A stretch of DNA of 64,000 nt from Gekko japonicus (GCF_001447785.1 NW_015161963.1:492885-556884), one strand, 5' to 3'; numbered from the stretch's first letter, positions 50,430 to 63,643 are shown. Translations and numbers: made by a program. The notes: a model not told the origin generated them from the letters alone.

Positions 50430-51070
50430 AATTCCAGAAGATTAGCCATGTTATTCTAGTGCAGCAAAAACAAGGAAGTGGCACTTCAAAAACTGATTGC
50501 TTGCGTCACAAACTTTTATGGTGCTGAGCCCACTTCATCTGATGTATGAAGGATTGTCCTCTGTTGGCAGAGTTGTTTACAGATCGGGGGGATTGTAAAG
50601 AGGGGGGCAAAAGGGCCAGGAAATGCAACAAGCATAGCTGATGCAAAGCTCAGGTGTGTAGAAGAAATGCCGAATTAACCTTCATAACAGCAGAAACCGG
50701 TGATTACACAATCTTCCAATAATTGCTATACTAATTTAACACCTGTAGCAGGAGGGGGGTAACATAACAAAGCTGGAAAGACTATGTCATCACCAATTAC
50801 TTCTGTTGCTAAGACAGAAAGAAATCTAGTGATACCTTCAAAACCAGCAGAAGCTTTTATGGACTGGATCACTCTTCGTCAGATGTATAACATCGGTCCT
50901 CAGTTGGCAGATATATATCCATAGTAATTAAGGAAAAAATGTAAACATGTGAAGCCAAAAGGCAATGACATGCAAGAGATAAAATGAAATAAAAGTCCAG
51001 TGGCACCTAAATAAATAACATTTATTTCCATGTGAGTTTTGGTGAGTCTCAGCTCACCTCTTCAGATATG
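50430..51070 (-). mobile_element. Three successive decayed Penelope-like pseudo-LTR fragments
   Basis: Repeated GTGGCAC...CTTT...CACTTC.TCAGAT pattern at ~50480, ~50830 and ~51000. Hammerhead cores are broken. Confidence 0.55.
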
Positions 51071-52662
51071 TAACGGGAAGATAATACTGGGAATTCTTCT
51101 TTATGGAGATTACAAGGGGATGATGTAAAATTTAATGTACACCATCACATGCCAACAATGCTCTTCTACTATCTACCCTGGACAGATGTGGTGGTCTCAG
51201 CATTAGAAAATCGATTAAAACAAATAGGACATTAACAATCACAACATTTAGGAACCAGTGGGGGAACATTTTATCTCCCTGAACATATTTATTATAGACC
51301 TGAAAGTCACTGTTGTACAAACCCCCCCCCCCAATTTACAATTTCTAAGTGCTGAATTGGAACTGATCAAGAAACTAAATACTACATATCATCCTGGCTT
51401 AAACCGAGTCTTGGATTCCTTCACTTAAACTTTAGAATGGATCTCCTTGACTAGTTATTTACCCTATTTAACCTATTTAATCACTAGGTGTATCTGTTTG
51501 AACCTCTGACCTCTCATCATCCATTATGTTCAACTGCTAATTCTGTTAATTTATGATGGAATTCACACCTAACCTTTCTACTGCAACTCCTCCCCTTTCC
51601 CCCTGACACAGAGAATTTACTCTTGAAGGATTTGTGATGGAATTCACACAGGACTCTCTCTGCCTCAACTCCCTTCACATATCTGAAGAAGTTAGCTGTG
51701 CAGGAGTGGATGGGGAAAGAAAAATGGCCCTTCTCCAAAAGAGAAAGGTGGGGAGCACTAGCTGGACTTTACCAAGCCTGTTCCATGCACAGTGCATGGC
51801 TTTGCCGGCCCGAGCACCCTCCTCCATGTGTGACCAGGTTGGGTAATCTCTTCTGCATATGGCAAACAGCCATGCGAGGCACCCTCCTCCAGCCAGGCCT
51901 GCAGCTTGGCTGGGTCATGTGCCCTCTCTTCCCCATGCCCAAAGAAGGGAGAACTAGCCAGCAGTCAGTCTTCTGATGAGGACTGCTGGCTCAACAGCTG
52001 CAGATGTGCACCTTGCATGGGGTGAGGGTTGCCCCTCAGCTGGGGCTGGTGGAAGGCTCTGGTGGGATGACCTGGTACCCAGGCCAATAACCAACCAGGA
52101 TCAATAATCCACAACAGCGGTAACAGGTGATAAATTAATAATGGGCAAGAAATGCCTGGTCTTGGTGAAGACAATCAAATTTCCTGATAAATTATAATTC
52201 AGCATTTTTATGATGGACTTTACTTATGAACTTTCAAGAAAAGTGAATTCAGGTCAGAAAACAAATGTCCTGGTAGACTTTCTCCCACTAGTTTCTGAAT
52301 AACTCCATGTTTTATGTAAAATTTATCATCAGTTCCAGCAATCAGTAGTGTCTTTCAAATAAATTGGGCTGCTGGTAGTACAGAGCAGAAAGATAGAGCA
52401 TCTGTAGCCAGACTTCCCCCTACTGTGATCGTGCCAGTGCCTGAAATTAGGGGCATCCAGGGTTGCTTTGTCTGTATATATTGGGAAGCATACTAGTCAC
52501 TGTGCTTATAAGAAAACAGCAGCTGTGCTGGATCAGATCAGTAGACCACCTAGTGCAACAACATCCTTCATGCAGTGTTCCTTTAATGCCCCCAGAAGGA
52601 ATTAAAATAGGGTAGGGAGAGGCCCAAGTGTGCATATATTATCCCAAATGTAGCGGCTCCAT

Positions 52663-53028
52663 TAGGCTTGCCAAGTCCCTCCGGGGGGCGGGGAAACCCC
52701 CGCCCGAGAGACCTGTTACCCGCTGGCGGCGGATCGGGCCCCGGGGAGAACCCCACCCCCAAAGCACGTGACATGCCCGGCGTCAGCACGTCGCCCGGAA
52801 GTGACACAATCACGTCGGGCATGTTGGGGGCGGGGCCACAATCATCCGAGGGAAAACTCTATGGTTTTCCCTCGGATGATTGTGGCCCCGCCCCCAACGT
52901 GCCCGACGTGATTGCGTCACTTCCGGGTGACGTAATTGTGGTGCGCATGCGCAAAGCGCATGCACATAGACTCCCTGAACAAGACTGGACTCCCCCGCTC
53001 TGCAACAGGTAAGGACTTGGCAACCCTA
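52663..53028. mobile_element. Young hAT (Blackjack-like) MITE with a 64-bp-arm internal palindrome
   Basis: TIRs, perfect TSD GGCTCCAT, arms 52794-52857 and 52864-52927. Confidence 0.93.
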
Positions 53029-53148
53029 GGCTCCATACATCAATACAAGGGCATTATGATACAGAATCTTGTTTTCCATGCCTTACCTAAGATTATTCAT
53101 GAACAAATGAAATATAACTGTTCCTAATAGCATTCCTTGAAGTAATCC

Positions 53149-53440
53149 AGAGCCAGTTTGGTGTAGTGGTTAAGTGTGCCGACTCTAATCTGGGAGAACC
53201 GGGTTTGATTCCCCACTCCTCCACTTGCACCTGCTGATGTGACCTTGGGTCAGTCACAAGCTCTGGCACAGCTGTCCTTGAAAAAGAGCAGTTTGTGTCA
53301 GAGTTCTCTCAGCCCCACCCACCGCACAGGGTGTCTGTTGTGGGGAGGGGAAGGGAAAGGAGTTTGTAAGCTGCTCTGAGACACCTTTGGGTAGTGAAGG
53401 GCGGGGTATAAATCCAATCTCTTCTCTTCTTCTTCTTCTT
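53149..53440 (+). mobile_element. Squam3-type SINE, full length, (CTT)n tail
   Basis: GAGCCAGTTTGGTGTAGTGGTTAAG head, GGTTTGATTCCC B box, GGGCGGGGTATAAATCC end. Confidence 0.85.
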
Positions 53441-53575
53441 ACTTCCCTTCACTGTAAGAACTGTTGATTTACTCCTACTCAATAGATGATTGGCATCCAT
53501 GGCCCACCATGTGTAATACCATGTGCAATACATGTGAGAATAACAGTGTGATGTAGTGTGGTGTAGTGATTAGAA

Positions 53576-54017
53576 AAGGGGTGTCGAACTCATTTGTTAT
53601 GAGGGCCGGATCTGACATAAATGAGATCTTGTTGGGCCGGGCCATGTGTGTCATAAAATGTAGTGCCAGGTAGTGGAGATATAAACTTTATAAAGGACAG
53701 CAGGTGGGAAGCTCCAAGTTGGTGTATCCTTACTACACGGCCCCATGGGCTGGGGAAGAAGAAGAAGAAGAGATTGGATTCATACCCCGCCCTGTGTCTG
53801 ATAACTGACACCTCTTGCTCTGAATCATTGCATCAAAATGCCTGTGCTGTTGTAATCCTGAGTATGCTGTTCAGGTGTGTATCTGTAAACTGCAAACCTA
53901 CAATGACATAGCAGCAGCAGAAATGGAAGAAGAAGCAGAAGACAGCCAGTTCCACTCCAGGGGCCTGATCTGGCCCCCAGGCCACATGTTTGACAGGCCG
54001 CATGTTTGACACCCCTG
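53576..54017. mobile_element. hAT (Charlie-like) MITE containing a SINE tail fragment
   Basis: AGGGGTGTCGAAC / GTTTGACACCCCTG, perfect TSD GATTAGAA. Confidence 0.88.
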
Positions 54018-54154
54018 GATTAGAATATGGGATAACAAGACAGGTTCAGGGTCACCAAAAAGGGGTCAACTAGATGGGCCATATTCTGAGATTCTGGGAG
54101 TCAATAAGTCATTTGGATTTGTATAATTTTTTATTTGGAACCGTGGGGTGCAAG

Positions 54155-54441
54155 TAGGGTTGCCAAGTCCCCCCGGGGGGTGGGGAAAACCCCGCCCGAG
54201 AGGCCAATTCCCCACCCCCAAAGCGTGCAACATGCCCGGCGCGAACACATCATCCCAAGGTGACGTAATCGCATCAGGCACGTTGCAGGGGGACGCTCTA
54301 TCATCCGAGAGAAAACTCTGTTTCCCCATCGGATGATTGTGGCCCCGCCCCCAACGTGCGCAACATGATTACGTCACTTCCGGGTGGCGTCATTGCGGCA
54401 AAGCACCCCCACTAAACTGTAAGTGGCACTTGGCAACCCTA
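54155..54441. mobile_element. Young hAT (Blackjack-like) MITE, shorter relative of the 52663 copy
   Basis: TAGGGTTGCCAAGT TIRs, perfect TSD GGTGCAAG. Confidence 0.93.
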
Positions 54442-54805
54442 GGTGCAAGGTGGGGCCCAGAGGTCATCTTCATCTGGGGGCCCAAGGTTGCTCTAAACAG
54501 TAAATCACCTTGAGCTCCAGGTGGCTAATAAATGTCTTAACTAAAATAAATAAACAGTCCTGCTTTAATTCAAATCTCCATTCTGCCATAAAGCTTACTG
54601 GGTAACCTTGGGCCAGCCTCCCATGTCTGCCTAATCAACTTCACAGAATGGGCGTGAAAATAAACTGAATATGGTAGAACCATGTACACCACCCTGCGTT
54701 TCCTTGGAGAAGAGTCCAGTATCAAAAACAGTTTGTCAATAGTAAACACACTTTACGAATCTAATGAAGTGAGCTCTATTCCACAAAAGCTTCTGCCACA
54801 ATAAA

Positions 54806-55705
54806 CTTTATTTATTTACAAAATTCATCTCTCACCTTTCTGCCCTTACAAGGGCCAAGGCTGCTAACAATTTAAAGTAGACATGATAAAATTACATTAT
54901 AAAGCTATTAAAATCAACCCCCCTTCTAAACATAGATTAGTAAAGCAACATTTAAAAGAACTTAATAACAGAGTTAAAATACATACAAAACAGTTAAAAC
55001 ACATTAAAGAGCATAAAAAATATACATACAAAACAGTTAAAACACATTAAAAAGCATTAAAAAAATGGTTAGAAAGGAGGGATCATTGGGGGAATGCCAA
55101 AAGAAACAAAACAGTATTCTTCCACTAGCGGAAAATGGCAATAGAAGAGGACAGATGAATCTCCCTGGGGAGAGAGTTCCAGAGCTACGGTGCCATGACT
55201 AGGACTGGGGGCGGGTGGCGGGTAAACCCCCGCTTTGGAGGCCCGATTTCCGCCGCTGCGGAATTGGGCCCCGGGGGGAACTCCGCCTCCCGAAGCGCAG
55301 AATCAACAGAGTCCGCAGTCCAGAAGAATCAACAGAGTTGCACTCCCTATATCGATCTCTCAGTGCAGGTCATCCACTAAGGTGACCACAGCTGTTTCAG
55401 TTCCATAATGAGGCTTGAAACCAGATTGGAAGGGATCTAAACAATTTGCCTCATCCCGGAAGGCTTGGAGCTGTCCAGTCACCACTGGTTCAGTAACTTT
55501 GATCAAGAACAGAACATTTGAGACTGGTTGATAATTATTTAGATCTCCTGGGTCCAGGGTAGGCTTCTTTAGAAGTGGATGCACCACAGCCAGTTTCAAG
55601 GCTGGGGCAACCACCTCCTCTCTTAAAGAAGCATTAACTACTTCTTGAACCCAGTCAGCCAGCACTCCCCCCCCCCCACGAAGATTTAAGTCACCAGGAA
55701 AAGCA
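54806..55705 (-). mobile_element. L2 LINE fragments (RT portion 55360-55665, 3' end ~54806-55197)
   Basis: VVNASL...AVVHPLLKKPTLDP..LNNYQPVSN...LDPFQSGFKPHYGTETA. Confidence 0.85.
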
Positions 55706-57291
55706 AGGTGAAAAGTACTCAGAACGAAGAGTGATTTCAGCTAGAGTACTTTATTAGGTGAAGAACAAGACAAGAGAACCCAGCTCGCAGGCCGGTTTAT
55801 ATGCGTTCAGAAAACCCGCCACCAAGCACACCTACTCCTGATAGGCTATTTATAGTAACCGGGTGACCATTGGTCTCCCGGCTGGGAAGCTGGCCCTCTG
55901 ATTGGGCCGGCTAGGATCCTTCGGATCCTTTGTCTGCTCACACATTTTTGTCTTAGTTCAGGAATGATGGCTCCAGAGCAAACTAATTTATGCAGTAGCC
56001 AAATTGCTTGCTCACAACTTTAATGCCAGTAGCTCACAAAGTAGAATTTTTGCTCACAAGACTCCACATCTTAGAGGGAGCATTGACTAAAGGGAACTTC
56101 TGTGTTCAGAGGCAGTCAACCTCTGAATCCCAGCACCAGGAGGCAACATCAGGGGAAGGTCTTGCCTCTATGCCATGTTGTTGGCCCTAAAGAAGAACTG
56201 TTTGGCTGCTTTGTGAGTTAGGATGCCGGACTAGATGGCCCACTGGTCTGATCTTATGTTCTTAAACTTCCAAGGATCCTGTCCACATCCTCAGGCTGAA
56301 TAAACTGAAAAGTATTCCACAGCCCAATCCAGTGCATGTTTCTTCTGAAATAAGATCCATAGTGCTCAAACAAGTATATATTAAACAGAGTGCTTTTTAA
56401 CAAGTACATCCTTGAAGTCTTTAATGAATGAAACTTCTGTGTTCAGCAATATCATGATTTGATGCAATTCACGAAGGCAACGCAAGAGTACCTCACCTTG
56501 TCTATCCCTTCACCCCCACCCCCGAAATATAATTCTGGATGGGTAGCAGCAACGAGTCTGTTTTAACAGGAATCCAGCAGCATTTCAAAGACTAAAAGAA
56601 TCGTGTTACTCCATAAACTTTCCTGAGTATGAGCTCACTCCATCGTCTGCATACGATNNNNNNNNNNNNNNNNNNNNNNNNNNNNNNNNNNNNNNNNNNN
56701 NNNNNNNNNNNNNNNNNNNNNNNNNNNNNNNNNNNNNNNNNNNNNNNNNNNNNNNNNNNNNNNNNNNNNNNNNNNNNNNNNNNNNNNNNNNNNNNNNNNN
56801 NNNNNNNNNNNNNNNNNNNNNNNNNNNNNNNNNNNNNNNNNNNNNNNNNNNNNNNNNNNNNNNNNNNNNNNNNNNNNNNNNNNNNNNNNNNNNNNNNNNN
56901 NNNNNNNNNNNNNNNNNNNNNNNNNNNNNNNNNNNNNNNNNNNNNNNNNNNNNNNNNNNNNNNNNNNNNNNNNNNNNNNNNNNNNNNNNNNNNNNNNNNN
57001 NNNNNNNNNNNNNNNNNNNNNNNNNNNNNNNNNNNNNNNNNNNNNNNNNNNNNNNNNNNNNNNNNNNNNNNNNNNNNNNNNNNNNNNNNNNNNNNNNNNN
57101 NNNNNNNNNNNNNNNNNNNNNNNNNNNNNNNNNNNNNNNNNNNNNNNNNNNNNNNNNNNNNNNNNNNNNNNNNNNNNNNNNNNNNNNNNNNNNNNNNNNN
57201 NNNNNNNNNNNNNNNNNNNNNNNNNNNNNNNNNNNNNNNNNNNNNNNNNNNNNNNNNNNNNNNNNNNNNNNNNNNNNNNNNNNNNNNNNNN

Positions 57292-57620
57292 GTCCGCGGT
57301 GGGTGGGAGGGGGGGGGGGGGGGGGGGGTCTCGATCGTCGGGGTACCCCTGTGTGAAAAGGGGGTGGGGGAAATATCTCCCTGGCCTCTCCTGCCCTGAA
57401 TGAGTCTTGGGGCCCACGCCGCTCGCTGCCCGCCTCCCGAGGCGCCGCTTTGCGCGCCCCCTCCATTTTCCCGCCTTTTATGAGGCAAATCTCTTCCACC
57501 CTTCTGAGAGGAAATGTGGGGGCCGAATGGGAGGGACGTTCCTCTGCTTGAGGCCCCGTTCGTATGTGCAGGAGGGATAGGAAGGCAGACGGGACTGCAC
57601 CACCAGGTGCCGCGTGCTTT
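57292..57620 (+). promoter_or_regulatory. 3' edge of a CpG island, probably the start of SRSF9 intron 1
   Basis: GC/CpG-rich sequence abutting the gap, upstream of SRSF9 exon 2. YY1-like CCATTTT at ~57463. Confidence 0.6.
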
Positions 57621-58552
57621 GGAATGGCCCCCAAGCTTCCTGCAAGTGGAAAACTAGACAAAAAAGGATGTGTGAGGGGGATTTTTTTCTCACAAAAATC
57701 TGTTGTGCCAGATGATTTTTAAGAGCAGGATCTTTCACAAAGAATTTCTTGTCTGAAGCCGTAGAAACCCACGCCAAGAGCCATTTCTCCTGCACATGTG
57801 AATTAGGCCTAATATTTACAAATTATACATAGGTTGTATATATTGCTCTAGAATGCTTGAAGAGCATTGCAGACGCTTGTAATCCTTATAGCAACTCTTT
57901 TAGAGTAGGCTAGTATGACTCTTAAGTTCCCAGGCATCATGTCTGAAGTTGTCTTGCACTGAATCAGACCCTTGGTCTATCAGGGTCAGTATTGTCTACT
58001 CAGACTGGCAGCAGCTCTCCAGGGTGACAAGTTCACATTACCTACTACCTGATCTTTAACTGGAGATGCCAGGGGTTGAACCTGGAACCTTCTGCATGCC
58101 AGACAAGAAGATGCTCTAACAATGAGCCATGACCTTTCCCCATATCCTTGGAAGTTTCATGATGCAGTCACCTTGTTAAAGCTAAGCAAATCTGGGTATA
58201 GAAAATACTTTGATAGGAAGACATCTTGGGGACCCTCTCCCCTCATGAGAGCCATCTTGAGTTCCATGAAAGAAAGACCCCACAAACCCATGTAAGAAAC
58301 AGAAAGTGTTCGTTGGCCACTGAAACAGGATGTTAGAGTCCTTGGACTGTGGTCTGGTCAGCAGCCACTTTTCTTATAAAATATTGGGCTGAGACTGATA
58401 GAACAGTAGCTTGCCTAAGTCTACCTAATGAGTTCATGGCAGAAGTGAGTTGTGAACCAGAGATTCCCTGATCTGGAGTACCTGTTACACTGCACAAGCA
58501 TTCAGGTGTGTACATGGTATGGAAAATCATATTGTGGACCCCTAATCTTTGA

Positions 58553-59369
58553 TCATGCGAAATGCTGGCCTGGATGAATCAATCACAAGTGGGAATTAAA
58601 ATTGCTGGGAAAAAGATCAACAACCTCAGATATGCAGACGATACCACTCTAATGGCAGAAAGTGAAGAGGACCTTAAGAGCCTCTTGCTCAGAGTAAAAG
58701 AGGAGAGCGCAAAAGTGGGCTTGAAGCTCAACATCAAAAAAACTCAGATCATGGCATCCGGCCCCATCACTCCTTGGTAAATAGAAGTGGAAGTAGTGTC
58801 AGAATTCATGTTCCTGGGATCCCAGATCACCGCAGACTGTGACAGCAGCCATGAAATTAAAAGACGCCTGCTCCTTGGGAGGAAAGCGATGGCGAACCTA
58901 AATAGCATGATAAAAAGTAGAGACATTACCCTGCCAACAAAAGTCTGCATGGTCAAAGCAATGGTATTCCCAGTAGTCATGTATGGCTGCGAGAGTCGGA
59001 CTATAAGGAAGGCCGAGTGCCGAAGAATAGATTCTTTTGAACTATGGTGCTGGAGAAGACTTTTGAGAGTCCCTTGGACTGCAAGAAGATCAAATCAGTC
59101 AATCCTAAAAGAAATCAACCCTGACTGTTCCCTGGAAAGCCAGATAATGAAACTGAAGCTCAAATACTTAGGCCACCAAATGAGAAGGGAGCACGCACTG
59201 GAGAAGACCCTGATGCTGGGAAAGATCGAAGGTCAAAGAAGACAGGGACGGCAAAGGATGAGATGGTTAGACAGTGTCATCGATGCAACGAACATGAAGT
59301 TGAGCAAACTTCAGAGGATGGCGGATGGGGTCATGAAGAGTCGGTCTCGACTGTGCGACTGAACAACAA
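58553..59369 (+). mobile_element. RTE-BovB LINE, 5'-truncated
   Basis: INNLRYADDTTLMAESEE, EIKRRLLLGRKAM, VFPVVMYGCE, FELWCWRRLLRVPWTARRSN. (CAA) tail. TSD AATCTTTGA. Confidence 0.95.
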
Positions 59370-59546
59370 AATCTTTGACCAACTTGTGGCCATTCGTATA
59401 AACCATTAAATAGAGCTAAGTGCTAAAGGATCTATACCAAAAAACAAAACCTTTTGCTTAGCTTCTCCCCTTCCTCCACAACTCCAAAAATAAATGTTCT
59501 TGAACCTATTGTATAAATCTGTTGTTTAGAAGTATAGTAAACCAAC

Positions 59547-59675
59547 CATAAAGTCTTTAAAATACATTCCACTTGTGCAGTTAAATGGAAGTTGAGGTGA
59601 AAAGTCATGTTCATAAAGTCTTTAAAATACATTCCACTTGCGCAGCCAGATGGAAGTTGAGGTGAAAAGTCATGT
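59547..59675. repeat. Tandem duplication, 65 bp x2
   Basis: CATAAAGTCTTTAAAATACATTCCACTTG...GGTGAAAAGTCATGT occurs twice. Confidence 0.9.
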
Positions 59676-61860
59676 GGTGCCTCATCCACATCAGAAATGA
59701 TTGGGTAGAAAATGTGTAAAAGGCAGATTATGGAATGGGCCATCTGCTGTTAATATTTTGCAGTTGGAACTCAAGGTGTGATGTGAGTTCCCTCTGACAG
59801 TCTTGGCCTAATGACTAATTATAAAAACATTTAGAGGGCTGTCAATCCTTTCTTGAATCTAGCAGTAATACTAGCTTTGTTGTAACAAAGTACTCAAGTT
59901 TATTGAACTGGATTTTGTTTCTCTTGCTTTTACAGCAAAGAACAGCCATCCATGCATGTGTTCAATTTGCTTTAGAAATATGTGACATTTTAATTCAGTC
60001 TTACTGCTCTTGGAATTTTGGGATAATCAGTAATTTTCTTCCAGTATTTCTAGGCAGTACTTGATTCAACATCATTTTTACCCAGTATCATGACTTTGTC
60101 TGACAGTAACTGAAAGACTGTATGCCTGGAATTCCTAGATTGGGGTGGGGGAAATCTTGCAACATGGGATAGCCTTCTTCCATAGTAGCGCCAATCAGTA
60201 AATGGGGCTTGGCATGTTAGAGTTGAAGAGTGATGTAAAAAAAATGAAAACCATTGATTCAATATTGCACCCATGGTCTCCATGGTACCCACCAATGAGT
60301 TTTCTTGATGCACATTTGCTTCTTTGACAAAGCAGTTCTTCCCCAAAAGCAAAGAGCCAGTCTTAATTTTCTTCACCTCACTGGAGTAGGAGATACTTCA
60401 GCAGAATCCAAGAAGCATCTCTTATGTCTTTAGAGAGCATTCATTCCAAAAGAGCTACCCCTATCATAGGAATTGTCTTGCAACCTCCAAAGATTTTGTA
60501 ATTGGCAGTCATTTTGGAGTGGTGTCCATTCTCTATCCTCAAAACTCCAAAACTACCCACAGACTGAACAAGACTGGGGATTCTTGTAGTAGACCGCAGT
60601 TTATGCTCTATTAAAATGAATCTGTGATCTGTTACTAGGTTGCCTTTTAAATAAAACAGCAGTTGCAAAAACAGCATTTGTGTCAGCTAGGCCTCTGTCT
60701 AGTCCTGGCTGCCGTGGGATGACTATGGAATGTTAAGTTTCATTTCAGCTGTGTCTGCTCTGTTTCTTTTATCTCTGCTTGACCTTCAGTGCCTGGTGTA
60801 GTATTTGTCCTGGGAACTGAAGCCTGTTACTTTGGTGGGCTTCTACCTGGCCCATCATTGGCCCTGGGCCATCAGGGGGTCTCTTTGAGTAATGTATAAC
60901 TGCTTGCTTCGCTGGCTTTTATTCAGTTCTAACACGAGATGGTTAAGATATCTGCATACTAGTCTTCTTTGAATGAAAGCTGTTAGGAACTGATTGCTGC
61001 AGGAGTCTGACAATTTGGAGCATTGATTTATAGGTTAGAAAAATGTCATGCTGAATGATTGTTGCAAAGAATTGAATAGTGTACATATTTTTCTCAAAAG
61101 TGAAATCTTTATGGTAGCATGCTTTTGAGTAACTGGTACTGTTTTTTCCTGGTAATTGGAGCAGCAATGCCTCAGGCTTTTAAAACTTTGTTAATCTGTT
61201 GACTCCCTTCTTGATTCTACCCTAGAGAGCACCGCAAGTCAGCATAGTAATTGCTATTTGATGTGATGCCTCTTGTTATGAGCCATTACATCCTCAACTT
61301 CTTTTTGTAAATATTTCAGTCCTAATGGATAATAATTCGCGTAGTCCATATCTCTATATTTTGCTCTTTGTTCAAATGTAAAAGCATTGTTGCCACTTGC
61401 AATACTCAAAACTAAATGATGTTTCTGGGTATGTAAGTACCAGTAGCTGGTCCTTAAGGACCAGAGGAAGAAATGTGTTATATTGTATCTTAGAAATTGT
61501 TAGTAAGGGTTGTCTTGAACACTCGAAATTTCCAGTTCTTTTCGATCTCTGTGTTAATATGCCAACATTAAATCTTCAAGCTGCACTAGTTCATTCAGAT
61601 GGTATTTATTTATACCGCAGTCTTTTCCCTTGTGGGGACCCAAGTGATGTACCACATCATTCTACCCTCTTCCTTTGTATCCTCAAAACAGTTACCCTGT
61701 GAGGGTAGGTTAGGCTGAGAGCAACTAGGCCAAGTGATCTTCCATGTTAAGAATGGGGATTTAAACATGGGTCTCCCAGATTGTAGTCTGATGTTCTAAT
61801 TTTTACACCATGCTGGCTCCTGCTAAACATTTCTAATCACAGATCTATATTTGTTTGCAG

Positions 61861-62030
61861 AGACGCTGAAGATGCAATATATGGGAGGAATGGTTATGAT
61901 TATGGCCAGTGTCGTCTACGTGTTGAGTTTCCTAGACCTTCCAGAGGTCGGGGTGGAGGCTTTGGTGGGGGTCCTCGTGGGAGGAATGGCCCTCCTTTGC
62001 GACGTTCTGAATTCCGAGTCCTTGTTTCAG
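61861..62030 (+). CDS. SRSF9: SRSF9 exon 2 ([25 protein letters not shown]...[17 protein letters not shown])
   Basis: 170 nt, AG acceptor and GTATG donor. [18 protein letters not shown] fits SRSF9 rather than SRSF1; synteny agrees. Confidence 0.96.
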
Positions 62031-63643
62031 GTATGTTGCCTTCGGTACTTCATACTGACTAGGAACTTTCCTGGTGCCACGTTTCACTTATATTTTGTTG
62101 GGGAGGAGTATCCTGCTGCTGTAATCTAAGGTTTCTTCTTTAATATGAAACCTGTGGCTGCGAAGGAGCTTTTTCAGAGCTAAGAGGATCACACACCTTC
62201 CCAGTTAAGCGGAAGTCTGTTTGCTTTTGGACTTCATCTTGGTGAACGAATGGTGAGCAAAAACATCTTCACCCAGTGGGCAGATGTGAACTTGATGGAC
62301 ATGGAAGTGGGCACCTCTGTGGGTAGGTGAAGGGAAGGAAGTCAACCATGGGGACCATTCTTTTGGGGTTGAGGGCCAGAAGGAATAGATCCCAAAACTT
62401 CACATACGCTGACCATAGCATGTGATGCTTGGAGACAAGAACGAATCTGTTAAAAACAGACAGACACATGTGGCAAGTGCTGCATCAGCCACATATTGTT
62501 TGTGATGGGAGAAAGTTAACATGAGTTGGCTCCCTTGATTACTAATCTTGTGGACTCTTGAGGGCAACCTGGAATTTCTGGAATAGGTGTCTATTTAGTG
62601 AGTTAAGGAACCCAGGTGGAAAAGGCCTTTTACTGGAAAAAAATGGAAGTATTTTGGAGATTTTGCAATGGCAATCAAAGCTCTGGAGAAAGCATCATCA
62701 TTTCCTGACCAGATTTATGGAGTGGTACACTAAAAACAAACTTGCTCATAAAAACATGTTTGTTCTCATGTACTTAAAACACACACACCCATACACACAG
62801 CAGGGGGGAAAAATCCTCTCCCCTTCCCAGTGATCTAACTCCTCTGCATGCTACTGTGACATCCTGGCTAGATGGTCACTGTGAGGAAACCACTGAAGTG
62901 CAGTCTCTTCAGCTTTGCAACAGGACCTGACAACAAAAGTGTGGAACCCCAGGTGTACATCTCCCACAGAGAAGCCTAGGAGGGCAGGGAGGCTGTCTGG
63001 AAAATTCTCTTGACTTTTGCCGTGCATGTGAGAAGTTGCATTGGCAGAGGGTAATATGGAGGATTCTTGCAAACTGCCGGGAGCTGCAGTGTACTAGTTT
63101 CTCCAGGAAATGATGTGGAACAGGGAAACCACTTTTGCCTTTTCTTAGTAATCATGCTGATAGTTTAACTCGGGTATCCTTTTTCACTGCCCAAGGATGA
63201 ACTATTGGAATCCAAGGACCCAAACTCATACTGTTAGAAGGGAACTACCATTCTTGGATGGGAATCTGATCCTGAGTAACTAAGTCACACATGGAGTACA
63301 GTCTGTACAGTCAGAGTTAGGGGGTGATGTTAAGTTTCCATTGGACCAACGGAGGATTCCTCTGAATGCCCAGCACTCTGACTCCTAGGGGACTATCCTC
63401 GGGGACCTTGCTGACTTGGAGGGCTCATCTACTCTGGAATGGAACTTAATTGCTGTTCTTTGGATCCTTCTGTTCTTATTGTAGCATTGGCCTTCTGGAA
63501 TAAAAGGAAGTCTGTGGAAACAGTGGAGCCTGTGACATCCTGGAGGAAACCAGTCAAGGCCGTGTAGCCATTCCTGGAGTAGCCTAAGCGCCTAGTGTCC
63601 TCTCTTTACACGGTGTCTTATGTTTTGTGTTCTCACTGCTCAG

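Noticed and set aside
50480-51070. Additional functional hammerheads (also ~23745-23790 and ~54760-54795)
   Set aside because: The CUGANGA or GAAA core is mutated in each
61851-62129. Hydrophobic 92-aa ORF resembling a membrane protein
   Set aside because: It is an alternative frame of SRSF9 exon 2 that starts at a TTG inside the acceptor tract and runs into the intron
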